Part shown: positions 14,201 to 28,870 of the stretch, one piece after another
Layout of the letters: each line of letters starts with the position of its first letter
Numbering within the stretch: the stretch's first letter is position 1
From: Eledone cirrhosa
Taxonomy: Eukaryota
DNA: 64,000 nucleotides
Assembly (NCBI GenBank): GCA_964016885.1
Contig: OZ024747.1
Location: 20,832,001-20,896,000, forward strand
Direction: 5' to 3'
Position numbers and translations under genes: made by a program
The notes under the pieces: model-generated
Told to the model about the DNA's origin: nothing
What the model saw: the letters and a program-made list of their open reading frames with translations, nothing else
Databases searched by the model: none

Positions 14201-17200
14201 AGCAACAGTAGCAACAACAACAACAGTAGCAACAGCAACAACAGTAGCAACAGTAGCAACAGCAGCAACAAAAGCAACAACAGCAACAGTAGAAACAGCA
14301 GCAATAACAGCAACAGCAGCAACATTAGCAACAGTAGCAATAACAGCAACAGTAGCAACAGCAGCAACAGCAGCAACAGTAGCAGGAGTAGCAACAGTAG
14401 TAATAGTAGCAACAGTAACAACAACAGCCACAGCAGCAACAGCAGCAACAAAAGCAACAGCAGCAACAAAAGCAACAGTAGCAACAGTAGCAATAGTAGC
14501 AACAGTAGCAACAGCAGCAACAGCAGCAACAGCAGCAACAACAGCAACAGTAGCAACAGTAGCAACAACAGCAACAGTAGCCACAACAGCCACAACAGCA
14601 TCAGTAGCAACAGTAGCAACAACAGCAACACCAGCAACAGTAGCAACAGTAGCAACAGCTGCAACAGTAGCAACAGCAGCAATAACAGCAACAGTAGCAA
14701 CAGTAGCAACAGTAGCAACAGTAGCAACAGTAGCAACAGTAGCAACAGTACCAACAGCAGCAACAGTAGCAACAGTACCAACAGTAGCAACAGTAGCAAC
14801 AGTAGCAACAGTAGCAACAGTAGCAACAGGAGCAACAACAGCAACAGCAGCAACAACAGCAACAGTAGCAACAGTAGCAACAGTAGCAACAGTAGCAACA
14901 GTAGCAACAGTAGCAACCGCAGCAACAACAGCAACAGTAGCAACAGCAGCAACAGTAGCAACAGCAGCAACGAAAGCAACAGCGGCAACAAAAGCAACAG
15001 TAGCAACAGTAGCAACAGTAGCAACAGTAGCAACAACAACAACAGTAGCAACAGCAGCAACAGCAGCAACAGTAGCAACAACAGCAACAACAGCAACAGC
15101 AGCAACAGTAGCAACAGTAGCAACAGTAGCAACAGCAGCAACAGTAGCAACAGTAGCAACAGTAGCAACAGTAGCAACAGTACCAACAGTAGCAACAGCA
15201 GCAACAACAGCAACAGCAGCAACAGTAGCAACAGTAGCAACAGCAGCAACAACAGCAACAGTAGCAACAACAGCAACAGTAGCAACAGTACCAACAGCAG
15301 CAACAGAAGCAACAGGAGCAACAGTAGCAACAGTAGCAACAGCAGCAAAAACAGCAACATTACCAACAGTAGCAACAGAAGCAACAGTAGCAACAGTAGC
15401 AACAACAGCAACAGTAGCAACAGTAGCAACAGTAGCAACAGTAGCAACAGCAGCAATAACAGCAACAGTAGCAACAGCAGCAACAGTACCAGCAGCAGCA
15501 ACAGAAGCAACAGTAGCAACAGTAGCAACAACAGCAACAGTAGCAACAGTAGCAACAGTAGCAACAGTAGCAACAGCAGCAACAACAGCAACAGTACCAA
15601 CAGCAGTAACAGAAGCAACAGGAGCAACAGTAGCAACAACAGCAACAGTAGCAACAGCAACAACAGTAGCAACAGTAGCAACAACAGCAACAGTAGCAAC
15701 AGTAGCAACAGTAGCAACAACAGCAACAGCAACAGTAGCAACAGTAGCAACAGTAGCAACAGAAGCAACAGGAGCAACAGCAGCAACAGTAGCAACAGTA
15801 GCAACAGTAGCAACAGTAGCAACAACAGCAACAGTAGCAACAGTAGCAACAGTAGCAACAACAGCAACAGCAACAGTAGCAACAGTAGCAACAGTAGCAA
15901 CAGAAGCAACAGTAGCAACAGTAGCAACAGTAGCAACAGAAGCAACAGGAGCAACAGTAGCAACAGTAGCAACAACAGCAACAGTAGCAACAACAGCAAC
16001 AGCAACAGTAGCAACAGTAGCAACAACAGCAACAGCAACAGTAGCAACAGTAGCAACAGTAGCAACAGAAGCAACAGGAGCAACAGTAGCAACAGCAGCA
16101 ACAAGAGCAACAGTAGCAACAGTAGGAACAACAGCAACAGCAGCAACAGTAGCAACAGCAGCAACATCAGCAACAGAAGCAACAGTAGCAACAGCAGCAA
16201 CAGTAGCAAAAACAGCAACAGTAGCAACAGTAGCAACAGTAGCAACAGTAGCAACAGTAGCAACAGTCGCAACAACAGCAAAAACAGCAACAGTACCAAC
16301 AGCAGCAACAGAAGCAACAGGAGCAACAGTAGCAACAGTAGCAACAGCAGCAAAAACAGCAACAGTAGCAACAGAAGCAACATTAGCAACAGTAGCAACA
16401 ACAGCAACAGTAGCAACAGTAGCAACAGTAGCAACAGTAGCAACAGCAGCAATAACAGCAACAGTAGCAACAGCAGCAACAGTACCAGCAGCAGCAACAG
16501 AAGAAACAGTAGCAACAGTAGCAACAACAGCAACAGTAGCAACAGTAGCAACAGTAGCAACAGCAGCAACAACAGCAACAGTACCAACAGCAGCAACAGA
16601 AGCAACAGGAGCAACAGTAGCAACAACAACAACAGTAGCAACAGCAACAACAGTAGCAACAGTAGCAACAGCAGCAACAAAAGCAACAACAGCAACAGTA
16701 GAAACAGCAGCAATAACAGCAACAGTAGCAACAGCAGCAACAGCAGCAACAGTAGCAGGAGTAGCAACAGTAGTAATAGTAGCAACAGTAACAACAACAG
16801 CCACAGCAGCAACAGCAGCAACAAAAGCAACAGCAGCAACAAAAGCAACAGTAGCAACAGTAGCAATAGTAGCAACAGTAGCAACAGCAGCAACAGCAGC
16901 AACAGCAGCAACAACAGCAACAGTAGCAACAGTAGCAACAACAGCAACAGTAGCCACAACAGCCACAACAGCAACAGTAGCAACAGTAGCAACAACAGCA
17001 ACACCAGCAACAGTAGCAACAGTAGCAACAGCTGCAACAGTAGCAACAGCAGCAATAACAGCAACAGTAGCAACAGTAGCAACAGTAGCAACAGTACCAA
17101 CAGCAGCAACAGTAGCAACAGTACCAACAGTAGCAACAGCAGCAACAGCAGCAACAGTAGCAACAGCAGCAACAGCAGCAACAGCAGCAACAGCAGCAAC

Positions 17201-17389
17201 AGCAGCAACAGCAGCAACAGCAGCAACAGTAGCAACAGTAGCAACAGCAGCAACAGTAGCAACAGTAGCAACAGTAGCAACAACAGCAACAGTAGCAACA
17301 ACAGCAACAGTAGCAACAGTAGCAACAGCAACAACAGTAGCAACAACAGCAACAGTAGCAACAGCAGCAACAGTAGCAACAGTAGCAAC
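2238..17389. repeat. 15.15-kb (AGTAGCAAC)n 9-mer/triplet satellite with nested higher-order repeats
   Basis: Directly visible. Rare variants recur at fixed spacing: CCGC at 7246, 9700, 12463 and 14917; GTGGCA at 5607 and 10833; GTAGG at 8496, 13713 and 16122. Confidence 0.97.
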
Positions 17390-17696
17390 CATTGCATAGG
17401 TTGCAATGGAGAAAATGGCCGAACTACTAACTACACCAGCATCAAAATGTAACTTTAATGACGTTATCTAGCAGAATACATGAAATAAGAAGAAAACAAT
17501 GAAGACACGCTAACGTAGAGAGAGACGTATGAAATAATAATAAGGAAAATAACATAGAAAATAAGAACTATTCCAACATCTGCAACAACAGCTACACTAA
17601 CAAGTCACAAACATGTCGCTTAATAGGTATTTCGCAGAGCTGAATGACCTCAGAGTTCAACAATCAATATATGGGACGTCTTTACAATCTCCAGTT

Positions 17697-19154
<1,458 letters not shown>

Positions 19155-19159
19155 TTATT

Positions 19160-19377
19160 TAATAGGAACGAGTAGGACCCCGACGGCTGAGCTCAAGCCG
19201 TTTCGACGGCTAATTCTTTTTTTTTTTTTTTTTTTTTTAGTCCAGAATAAGCCGTCGAAACGGCTTGAGCTCAGCCGTCGGGGTCCTACTCGTTCCTATT
19301 ACCCATACTACTACCCTAAGTATTGAGTACTTTGGTGCGTTATGGTCCACCTGGTTCCTTACCACATTTCCTTCGTT
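19160..19377 (+). mobile_element. Fold-back mini-element (family E), full palindromic copy in (TA)n
   Basis: 58-bp inverted arms at 19160-19217 and 19244-19301 around a poly-T spacer, followed by a unique ~75-bp tail ending CCTTCGTTA(TA)n. Three other copies are in the window. Confidence 0.8.
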
Positions 19378-19471
19378 ATATATATATTTATATATATGTA
19401 TGTATGTGTATGCATGTAGATATATGTATGTGTGTATATATATATATGTATGTGTGTATATATATATATAT

Positions 19472-19521
<50 letters not shown>

Positions 19522-19706
19522 CATACTGCATAAAGCCATTAAATTACGCCCACACACACACATAAATACATATATATATATAGATACTATGTTGTCTGAA
19601 ATACGTGGCAAACTGGAATATATATTCTTAAGTACACTGAGTTTCCTGAAGTAATGTCAGTCTTCAGAATGTCACCTCTGGACTTTTTTCCTCTTCACAC
19701 AATACT

Positions 19707-20312
19707 CTTTTACGATTTTACTCTGTTCCAGCTATCCGACTGAGGCCATGCTGGGGCACCGCGCTTGTTGCTACACATTCTATCTCCAGCCTGTGTTGGC
19801 TGGCCATTGGTGCAAGAGGGAGTTCGCTGCTGCTGCCCTTAGGTTACCTTCGTACCGTGCTTTGGGCTCATCCGGGATCCTGGATAGTAGGGTGTCAAGA
19901 TGTTTCTTGAAAACATCCACGTCCACACCATGCAGATCTCTCAAATACCTTGGCAGCTTGTTGAAGAATTGAGAGCGTTTGGACCCCAGGCTATTGCAAT
20001 ATCTGCTCCTTATTCTAGATGTAGAAGACGGGGTCTTCAGCACCACAGAGTGACGTCCTGTTCGGAGATTGGTCCAACTCCCAATGCCAAAGTTTAGTGC
20101 TAGTCCCTCCAGAATTTTCCATATGGTATATCACTGCGTATATCTCTCGTCTTCGTTCCAAGGAGTAGAATATCAGTTCTTTTCTCCTCTCCCAGTAGCT
20201 TATCTCCTTCATCGTCGCAATCCTCTTGGTGTAGCTTCGTTGGATTGCCTCAAGCTCCGTGGTTAGTTTGATACTATGGAGCACAGCTGGGAGCAATCGT
20301 CCAGGCGGCTTC
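19707..20312 (-). mobile_element. 5'-truncated CR1-group LINE 3' end, frameshifted
   Basis: LEAIQRSYTKRI..SYWERRKEL..YSLERRRE.YAVIY and FFNKLPRYLRDL..FKKHLDTLLSRIPDEP are typical post-RT motifs of the CR1/L2/Crack group. Confidence 0.75.
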
Positions 20313-20446
20313 CCTGTATGAATATATATTCAGGGCTCTTTAGTTGGTGATTACAACCTTACATTCAGGCTACACACTGATATATAAGTGTGTAATGTTT
20401 ATGAATAATCATTTGAAAGAGTTGAAAGCTGATGACGTAGAGCCAT

Positions 20447-22006
<1,560 letters not shown>

Positions 22007-22319
22007 TTTTATACAGACATACATCTATATACTCATATTTATAAAGATTTACATCATATATTTCTTTGTTCTGTTTCTTTCTAGTCAACTTCCACTCCAA
22101 TTGCAGCTGTAATTTTATTGGATTCTGAACGATCTCATAATACTCGACCGTCCATCTTCTTTCAGGTTAATGTCTGACTTTGGAGAATAGAACGCTCTGC
22201 GGTGTGCGTTTCAGCTCTCTGCACAATTTTGCCTTTGGTCATTTCGAGGTCGATTTTGTAAAGAACCAGTCGAGTAAGGGAGGATGTTTCTCTCCTATAT
22301 GCCCAAGATACGCTCTATG

Positions 22320-22999
22320 TCAGGCATGCTGTTTCAGATCACCTGACATTTCATCAATCTGTTCAGCAATAGTGTTCCTGGTTAATGAAATGTCCTTGAA
22401 TAACTCATGGCGATCATTCGACTGAGTTCATAGCTTGCAATAACGGAAGCGACATTCTCTTCCTGAATTTACATAAAACAGGTCTGTTGCTGTGTTAAGT
22501 TAGGCTTCAATTCCTTGAGTCTTGAAACACGCATTGGGCCTTCATATTTATCGTAAGATAGATAGTTCGTTTCATAATGCCATTTCAAATTGTACTCTTT
22601 TGGTGTGGTGATGCAGTTGTTGACAATTAAATAGTGTATCTTTCCGTTCACCGTTGTGCAAAAATATTGTAATTTCGACTTTTCTTGAAACACTCGCCAT
22701 TCTTTCGTTATTCTCTTAGCTGGAGGAGCACTAGCCATTTTAAAAGAAAAAGCTTTTGAAATTTTGAAAGAAAGTTTTCTGTTTACAACTGTTAATGAGC
22801 TGCGCGTTATTCGTCGGAAGTTAAAAGTAGTTGAGAAAAAACGCACAAATAAAAAACAATCGTATCGATATTTTTTTTCATTTTATATTACGAAGTTCTG
22901 TAAAATAACATGCTCGCCCTGTAAAAACCTTTGTGCGGGCCGCAGGTGTGCTCGCAAAGTGCTGCATGCGGCCCGCAGGCCGTATGTTTGGCATGCCTG
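22320..22999 (-). mobile_element. hAT (Charlie/SPIN/GTF2IRD2-like) DNA transposon 5' remnant
   Basis: The minus strand begins CAGGCATGCCAAAC..GGCCTGCGGGCCGC next to GTCTAGGT, a Charlie-like target. It encodes KRITKEWRVFQEK..KEYNLKWHYET..LKELK..QQ and DISLTRNTIAEQIDEMSGDLKQ. Confidence 0.8.
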
Positions 23000-23034
23000 G
23001 TCTAGGTAGATGAGAAACAAAAGGAGGATGTAGT

Positions 23035-23525
23035 TTATGGAACATCCAAATTATTTAGAAGTCGACCTTAAGTAGGAGCAATAACATTCAGAAAGATATG
23101 AACGACACCACATCATTTTGTATTGAAAATTTTGAAAATAGGTTTTTAAGTATGAATTTTCATAAAATTGGCCTAACGGTAAGTACTACAGACGGAGGAG
23201 ATCCTGGTCTTGGGTTCAATCCTGGTCGAGAGGTACATGTAATCTTATTCGGTGTTTACTTTACATCCCATAAAAAAAAACTGAAGAGGTATACTGGGAA
23301 CCCAACTCCCGACTAGGAACGAACTTCAAAACACCATCACCACCGTCTACGATTCTTCCAACTAAGCCGCCGAGACAGCTACGAAAGTTTACTGAAAATT
23401 AATAATTATAAACCTACTTTCAAAATCAAAGTTTAAAAGGTATGGTGTCGTTCATGGTTTTCTTAGTTCATGCTTTCTCAGTCATATTTAGGGTCGACTT
23501 GTTAATATTCTGGCTCTTTAGTAAC
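23035..23525. mobile_element. Diverged fold-back/MITE-like element with ~230-bp inverted arms
   Basis: AAGTCGACC, ATGAACGACACCA, TTTTGAAA.TAGGTTT and AGACGG.GG.GAT occur on the left and as reverse complements on the right, in mirrored order. Confidence 0.65.
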
Positions 23526-23886
23526 AACATTATTATTTCTATGTTTGGTCTGAGTTCAAATCTCGCAGAGGTTAACTTTGCCTTTCATCCTTACGGGTTC
23601 CATAAAATAAAGTACCAGTAATGTACTGTGGGATTGCTGGCCTTGTGCCAAAAGTAGAAACAATTATTAGAAACAATTATTATTTCTATGTTTGTTTAAC
23701 TGTTGAATTAATTTAATCTAATTATTTTTATTTTAACAAACAAATTATATGGCAACATTGAGGACCGAATAAATTAGATTACCGATATAAAAGACACAGA
23801 AGCGAAAAGTGAAAACCAACCAAACAGTGAGTGTGTTCTGTTATTAATTCTGGCAATATTACACAAATATGACCCTCCCCAAGTAT

Positions 23887-23968
<82 letters not shown>

Positions 23969-23973
23969 TTGTG

Positions 23974-24023
<50 letters not shown>

Positions 24024-24154
24024 GGAAAGTTATATTTAAAATTGTTGGGTTACAACTAGTAAATATTTATAACTGGTATAAAAGCACTCGACAAATATTT
24101 GGAGTATATTTACAATATTAAATAAATGGAAAACTATATTTATAAAACCATATT

Positions 24155-24220
24155 TATTTCATTATATATATTTCGGGGATATCATATTAACAATATGCTA
24201 TGCCTTCATCAGACAAAATA
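24155..24220 (-). ncRNA. Minimal type I hammerhead ribozyme within a Penelope-like terminal-repeat remnant (24021-24297)
   Basis: Minus strand reads UAUUUUGU-CUGAUGA-[stem II AGGCAUAGCAUAUU/AAUAUGAUAUCCCC, partly mismatched]-GAAA-UAUAUA-UA^AUGAAAUA, giving a palindromic stem III and an 8-bp stem I with wobbles. Confidence 0.7.
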
Positions 24221-24297
24221 CAATATAAACAGTTTTATAGACAAATAGGTTCGACATACCGTTATAACACCGACTTCATTTGAAGAGGTTTACTCAG

Positions 24298-24459
24298 CCA
24301 GAATTAGCGTCCAGAATTAGCGTCCAGAATTAGCCGTCGAAACGGCTTGAGCTCAGCTGTCGGGGTCTTACTGGTTCCTATTACCCACTCTACTACCTCA
24401 AGTATTGAGTACTTTGGTGCGTTATGGTCCACCTGGTTCCTTACCACATTTCCTTCGTT
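24298..24459 (+). mobile_element. Family E copy with a reiterated 13-bp 5' end (GTCCAGAATTAGC)
   Basis: Matches 19240-19377 and ends in (TA)n. Confidence 0.8.
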
Positions 24460-24491
24460 ATATATATATATATATATATTTGTGTAATATA

Positions 24492-24529
<38 letters not shown>

Positions 24530-24723
24530 ATGCTAATCATTGTAAGTTTTCATGGGAGCATGGGTTGGATGCAATTTCTTTTTTTTTAGGGGGGAGGGGG
24601 TTCTGCGGCCTCATACTTTATCTGTATTTTATTTTCACTTTTCAGTATGCTATATACGACTGTCCGTGAAGGTAATCAAAACGCTAAGTTGTTAAACGTC
24701 TTGTTTGACATAAATAAACATCA

Positions 24724-24898
24724 CTATCGGTAGAGGGTCGGACGCCATGCTTTACAGCATAGTTACGTCCCTTTACGTTCTGAGTTGAAATCCTGCCAAG
24801 GTTAACTTTGACTTTCATCCTTACGGGGTCGATAAAATAAAGCATCAGTAATGTACTGGGTAATTGCTGGCCTTGTGCCAATATTAGAAACAACTATT
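24724..24898 (+). mobile_element. tRNA-derived SINE copy (a further partial copy lies at 23548-23670)
   Basis: Same body as 97-290. Confidence 0.8.
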
Positions 24899-24960
24899 TG
24901 TTTTAAACGTCTTCGAGATGTCGACGCACACAGACATACGAGTGAACACATTAACACACA

Positions 24961-25029
<69 letters not shown>

Positions 25030-25266
25030 TTTCACACGCACACACAGACGTTCTCTCTCTCACACACACACACAGATACATACTTTCACACACACAAACA
25101 CACACATTCTCTCACACACATACTCTCACACATATATAATCATACACATTTTTACTTGGTATTTCTTGTCACGTGAGTATAGAACATTTTTAAAAGAATC
25201 CTCAATACAAATTGTAGAGAATATATTATATCTGTATGTTTATATGAGGGAGTGTCTCTTGTGACG

Positions 25267-25620
25267 CTAAACTTCGCCAGTCGTAGACTGCGCATTAACA
25301 TGTGATATATCTCTCCACAAATTTCGATCACCAGCAGCAGAGTTCAAAGAACAAAGATCAAGTCCAATCCATGAATTGACATTATCAAGCCATCGTTTTG
25401 GATGCCAGCTTCTGCTTCTCTTACCAGCCAACCTTCCTACCAGGCATAACCTACTCACACCACGAGTTGATCTTTTTATATGGCCGTATAGTTTGAGTAC
25501 TCTTGACTTGACTATTGATGTAATTGATCTAAGTTTGGTAATGTTGAGCAGCTCACTGATACAGATACGTTCGTTGAGCCGCTTACCAGTCATAAGTCTC
25601 ATGATATGGTTCTGAGGGAG
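25267..25620 (-). mobile_element. RTE-clade LINE 3' fragment
   Basis: RVLKLYGHIKR..GKRSRSWHPKRWLDNV..AAGDRNLWR matches the RTE C-terminal pattern GH..R / GKR.RGRP..RW.D / A.DR..WR. Confidence 0.8.
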
Positions 25621-26229
25621 TGTACGACGGACTTTTTCACATTTTTTCCAACTAGCAAATTTAACACACAAGACGTTAGTTTGTCCGAGGCTATAATAGA
25701 AGGTATTTCCCAAGGTACCTATCAGACGAAACCAGAAACCTCGTTGTTACGAGACAAACTTCTCAAACACACTGCGCATGTGTAGATTTATAAATGTATC
25801 ATTTTTTTTTTCATTCGCCCTTTCATTGTTTTGTGTTAAATTTGATCTTCTTCCAACACTCCTCCATATAAATATGTTTTCTAAGTTTTGAATTGCCTTA
25901 GTGCTTTATCCATTTTCTTGGCATTTTTTATATTCCATTTTGTCGTTTTTGATGTTTTATATACATTCCTCGCACTATTATTTGTAATCCAAATATTCCA
26001 TATTTATATATTTGGTGAACATTTGGACTGTTTAGAGATTCCATATGGTCCTGAATGATTGCTTGATTTAGCAAACAGCGTTAACTCGCCTATATATAAT
26101 AAATAGTTAAATGTACTTTGCTTTCATTTTGTAACTTTTTTTAAATCATTCCCTCGGGTGACAGGACTATTCTGAAGCGAAGTGATACAGAAAATTGCCT
26201 TTGAAGAGTTTATTATTAATTGCTATGTC

Positions 26230-26446
26230 AGGGCGGTGGATTGGTAGTATCGGTAGAGGGCCGGACGCCTGCAGCATAGAGTTACGGCCCTTTATATTCT
26301 GAGTTCAAATCCCGCCGAGGTTAACTTTGCCTTTCATCCTTACGGGGTCGATAAAATAAAGTACCAGTCACGTACTGGGGTCGATTTAATCGACTTTCTA
26401 CTCCCCCAAAATTACTGCCCTTGTGCCTATATAAGAAACCATTATT
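26230..26446 (+). mobile_element. tRNA-derived SINE, long variant
   Basis: A and B boxes, shared body, plus the GGGGTCGATTTAATCGAC segment. Confidence 0.85.
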
Positions 26447-26877
26447 AATTGCTATGTTTCTTGTTGTGATCATTGCTTGTATATTAGGTAAGACACAATT
26501 TTATGAAACTGTGCCGAACAAATTCGGCTATTCTTGGGTCGTTGTTGCAGATATCGCTAAGTTTTCTTATCTATCCAAGCTGCTAACATTTTGTTTTCAT
26601 TCTTTTCTTCTAACAGTCTTTCTAAGTTATGCTTTGTATCAGGATTTCATCTTCTTATCCTTAGGCTTTTTTTTTTCTGCCTCCCTTCTATTTCCACTGG
26701 CAACAACTGGTTTACATCTACATGAAGATAATGTTTTTGGTTCAGTAGGTTGAAGGCATGGGAATGTTTGTAGAGAATATTTTAAGCTCATACTATGAGA
26801 AAGAAGAATAGAAGTGGGAACAATAAATTATCTTCTCTTCTTTAATTCTATATACTCGCAAATATCTTTATTATTGT

Positions 26878-27640
26878 AGATTGGCAGTATCGGTAGAGGG
26901 GCGGACGTCATGCCTTTACGCATAGAGTTACGGCCCTTTCCCTTATGAGTTCAAATCCCGCCGAGGTCAAATTTGCCTTTCATCCTTACGGTCGCGATAA
27001 AATAAAGTACCAGTAATGTACTGAGTAATTGCTGGCCTTGTGCCAAAAGTAGAAACAATTATTATTATCATTATCATTATTATTATTGGATTGGCAGTAT
27101 CAGTAGAGGGTCGGACGCCATGCTTTGCAGCATAGAGTTACGGCCCTCTATGATCTGAGTTCAAATCCCGCCGAGGTTAACTTTGCCTTTCATCCTTACG
27201 AGGTCGATAAAATAAAGTATCAGTAATACACTGGGGTAATTGTTGGCCTTGTGCCAAAAGTAAAAACAATTATTATTATTGGATGCTGGCCTTGTGCTTA
27301 AATCAGAAATCGTCATTATTATTATTATTGGTTGATCTGGGGGAAACGTTAGAGCGTTAGATTAAATCCTTTGTGCTATATCTTCCGTCTCATTGTGTTG
27401 TCCAATTGCAGGCGTTGTGTCTAAACCAGAAACGAGTAGCAGTACTGGTAGCTAATTAAAGCAGCAGAATCGTTAGAGCGTCAGACAAAATACCTTGCGG
27501 TATTTAGAAACAGCAGCCTAAATTCTGAATTCAAATCTCGCCAAGATCAGCTTTGTATTTTATTCTTCTGGGGTCTCTATCACTGATTAGTCCTTCCACA
27601 CAAATCTCTTGTCTTGTATCTATGTAAGAAATCATTGTTT
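26878..27640 (+). mobile_element. Second SINE chain: two young copies (26878-27065, 27087-27280) followed by older diverged fragments
   Basis: Same body; copies are separated by (ATT)n. Confidence 0.8.
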
Positions 27641-28677
27641 ATAAGCTAATTAGATGTCTATTTAAATAATCTACTTTTCATCAACTGTAGAAGACTGTCT
27701 ACCTTCTATATTAATAGTATTTTAGATTCAAAGGAGAATTATATTTCAAGATTTCTATTTCGAGAAAAATTCAGTCTCTGTATATGTTGTGTATGTCATC
27801 CTCACAGATGTGTGAACTGTTATACGGAATTACATTAGATGAATAACAGTTTAAATTGGATAAAATTGCAAGAATGTTTCTTTTTTCCTTTCTCTTCAAA
27901 ATGTCTGTAATTTTCTTGAAACGCCGTGTTACATCAGTAATCACTAACAAGATTTCAAGTACATATAAATATGTGTGTGTGCGTATGTGTGTGTGTCTGT
28001 GTCTGCGTGTTTAAATATACATATACATATATGTTAATGTCTGTATGTGCATATATATATATATGCGTATATATTTGTGGTAGTCAGAAATTCACTTATT
28101 AACATGTTTTGTAAATTTGTAAATTATCATGTCTAAATGTTTTGTCATATATTGTGTAATCTTATTTTTTTTCCAGACTCTTTTATTTGATTTTTTTCTG
28201 TTACCATTTAACCAGTAAGGGAAAGGCCCTATGTCATTTGAATTGTCTCAGAGACTAGTTGGAGGGAGGAATGTAACCTGAAACTGGACACATCGTCTGA
28301 AAACTTTCAACAGAGAGGACTTCACTAAAGACACACTAGGTTTTATTTAACTGAAAGTTGGATTAAGTTTAACATCCTAATCAACAATAATAATATGTGA
28401 ACTCAGATCGCAAAGAGTCAGAACAAATTACTTAACCCGCCTTGTCCGACGCTCAAAAACTTCCGCCAATTCACAGCAATTGTCTGATACTTTATTCATC
28501 GGTCCCGAGAGAATGAAGAGTAATGTTATTTTCGGTGGGATTTGAATTCAAAATACAGAGAGCGTAACAAAATATTTTGTCCTAAGCCTAAACAACTCTT
28601 CCGCCAATTTATAACCTTTAATGTCTTCAACTATTATTAGGCTCCATTGGTAAATAAGCAAAGTATTATTTTTTGTT

Positions 28678-28870
28678 GGGCGGTGGATTGGCAGTATCGG
28701 TAGAGGGTCGGACGCCATGCGTTGCAGCATAGAGTTACGCCACTTTACGATCTGAGTTCAAATACCGCCGAGTTAAACTTTACCTTTCATCCTTACAGGG
28801 TCGATAAAATAAAGTACCAGTAATGCACTGGGATAATTGCTGGCCTTGTGCGAAAAGTGGAAACAATTAC
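28678..28870 (+). mobile_element. tRNA-derived SINE, short variant (older minus-strand SINE remnants at ~28380-28620)
   Basis: Same body as 97-290. Confidence 0.8.

Noticed and set aside
2065-17406. Poly-Leu and Val-Ala-Thr giant minus-strand ORFs as genes
   Set aside because: They are automatic consequences of a repeat that has no stop codon in those frames; there is no domain content.
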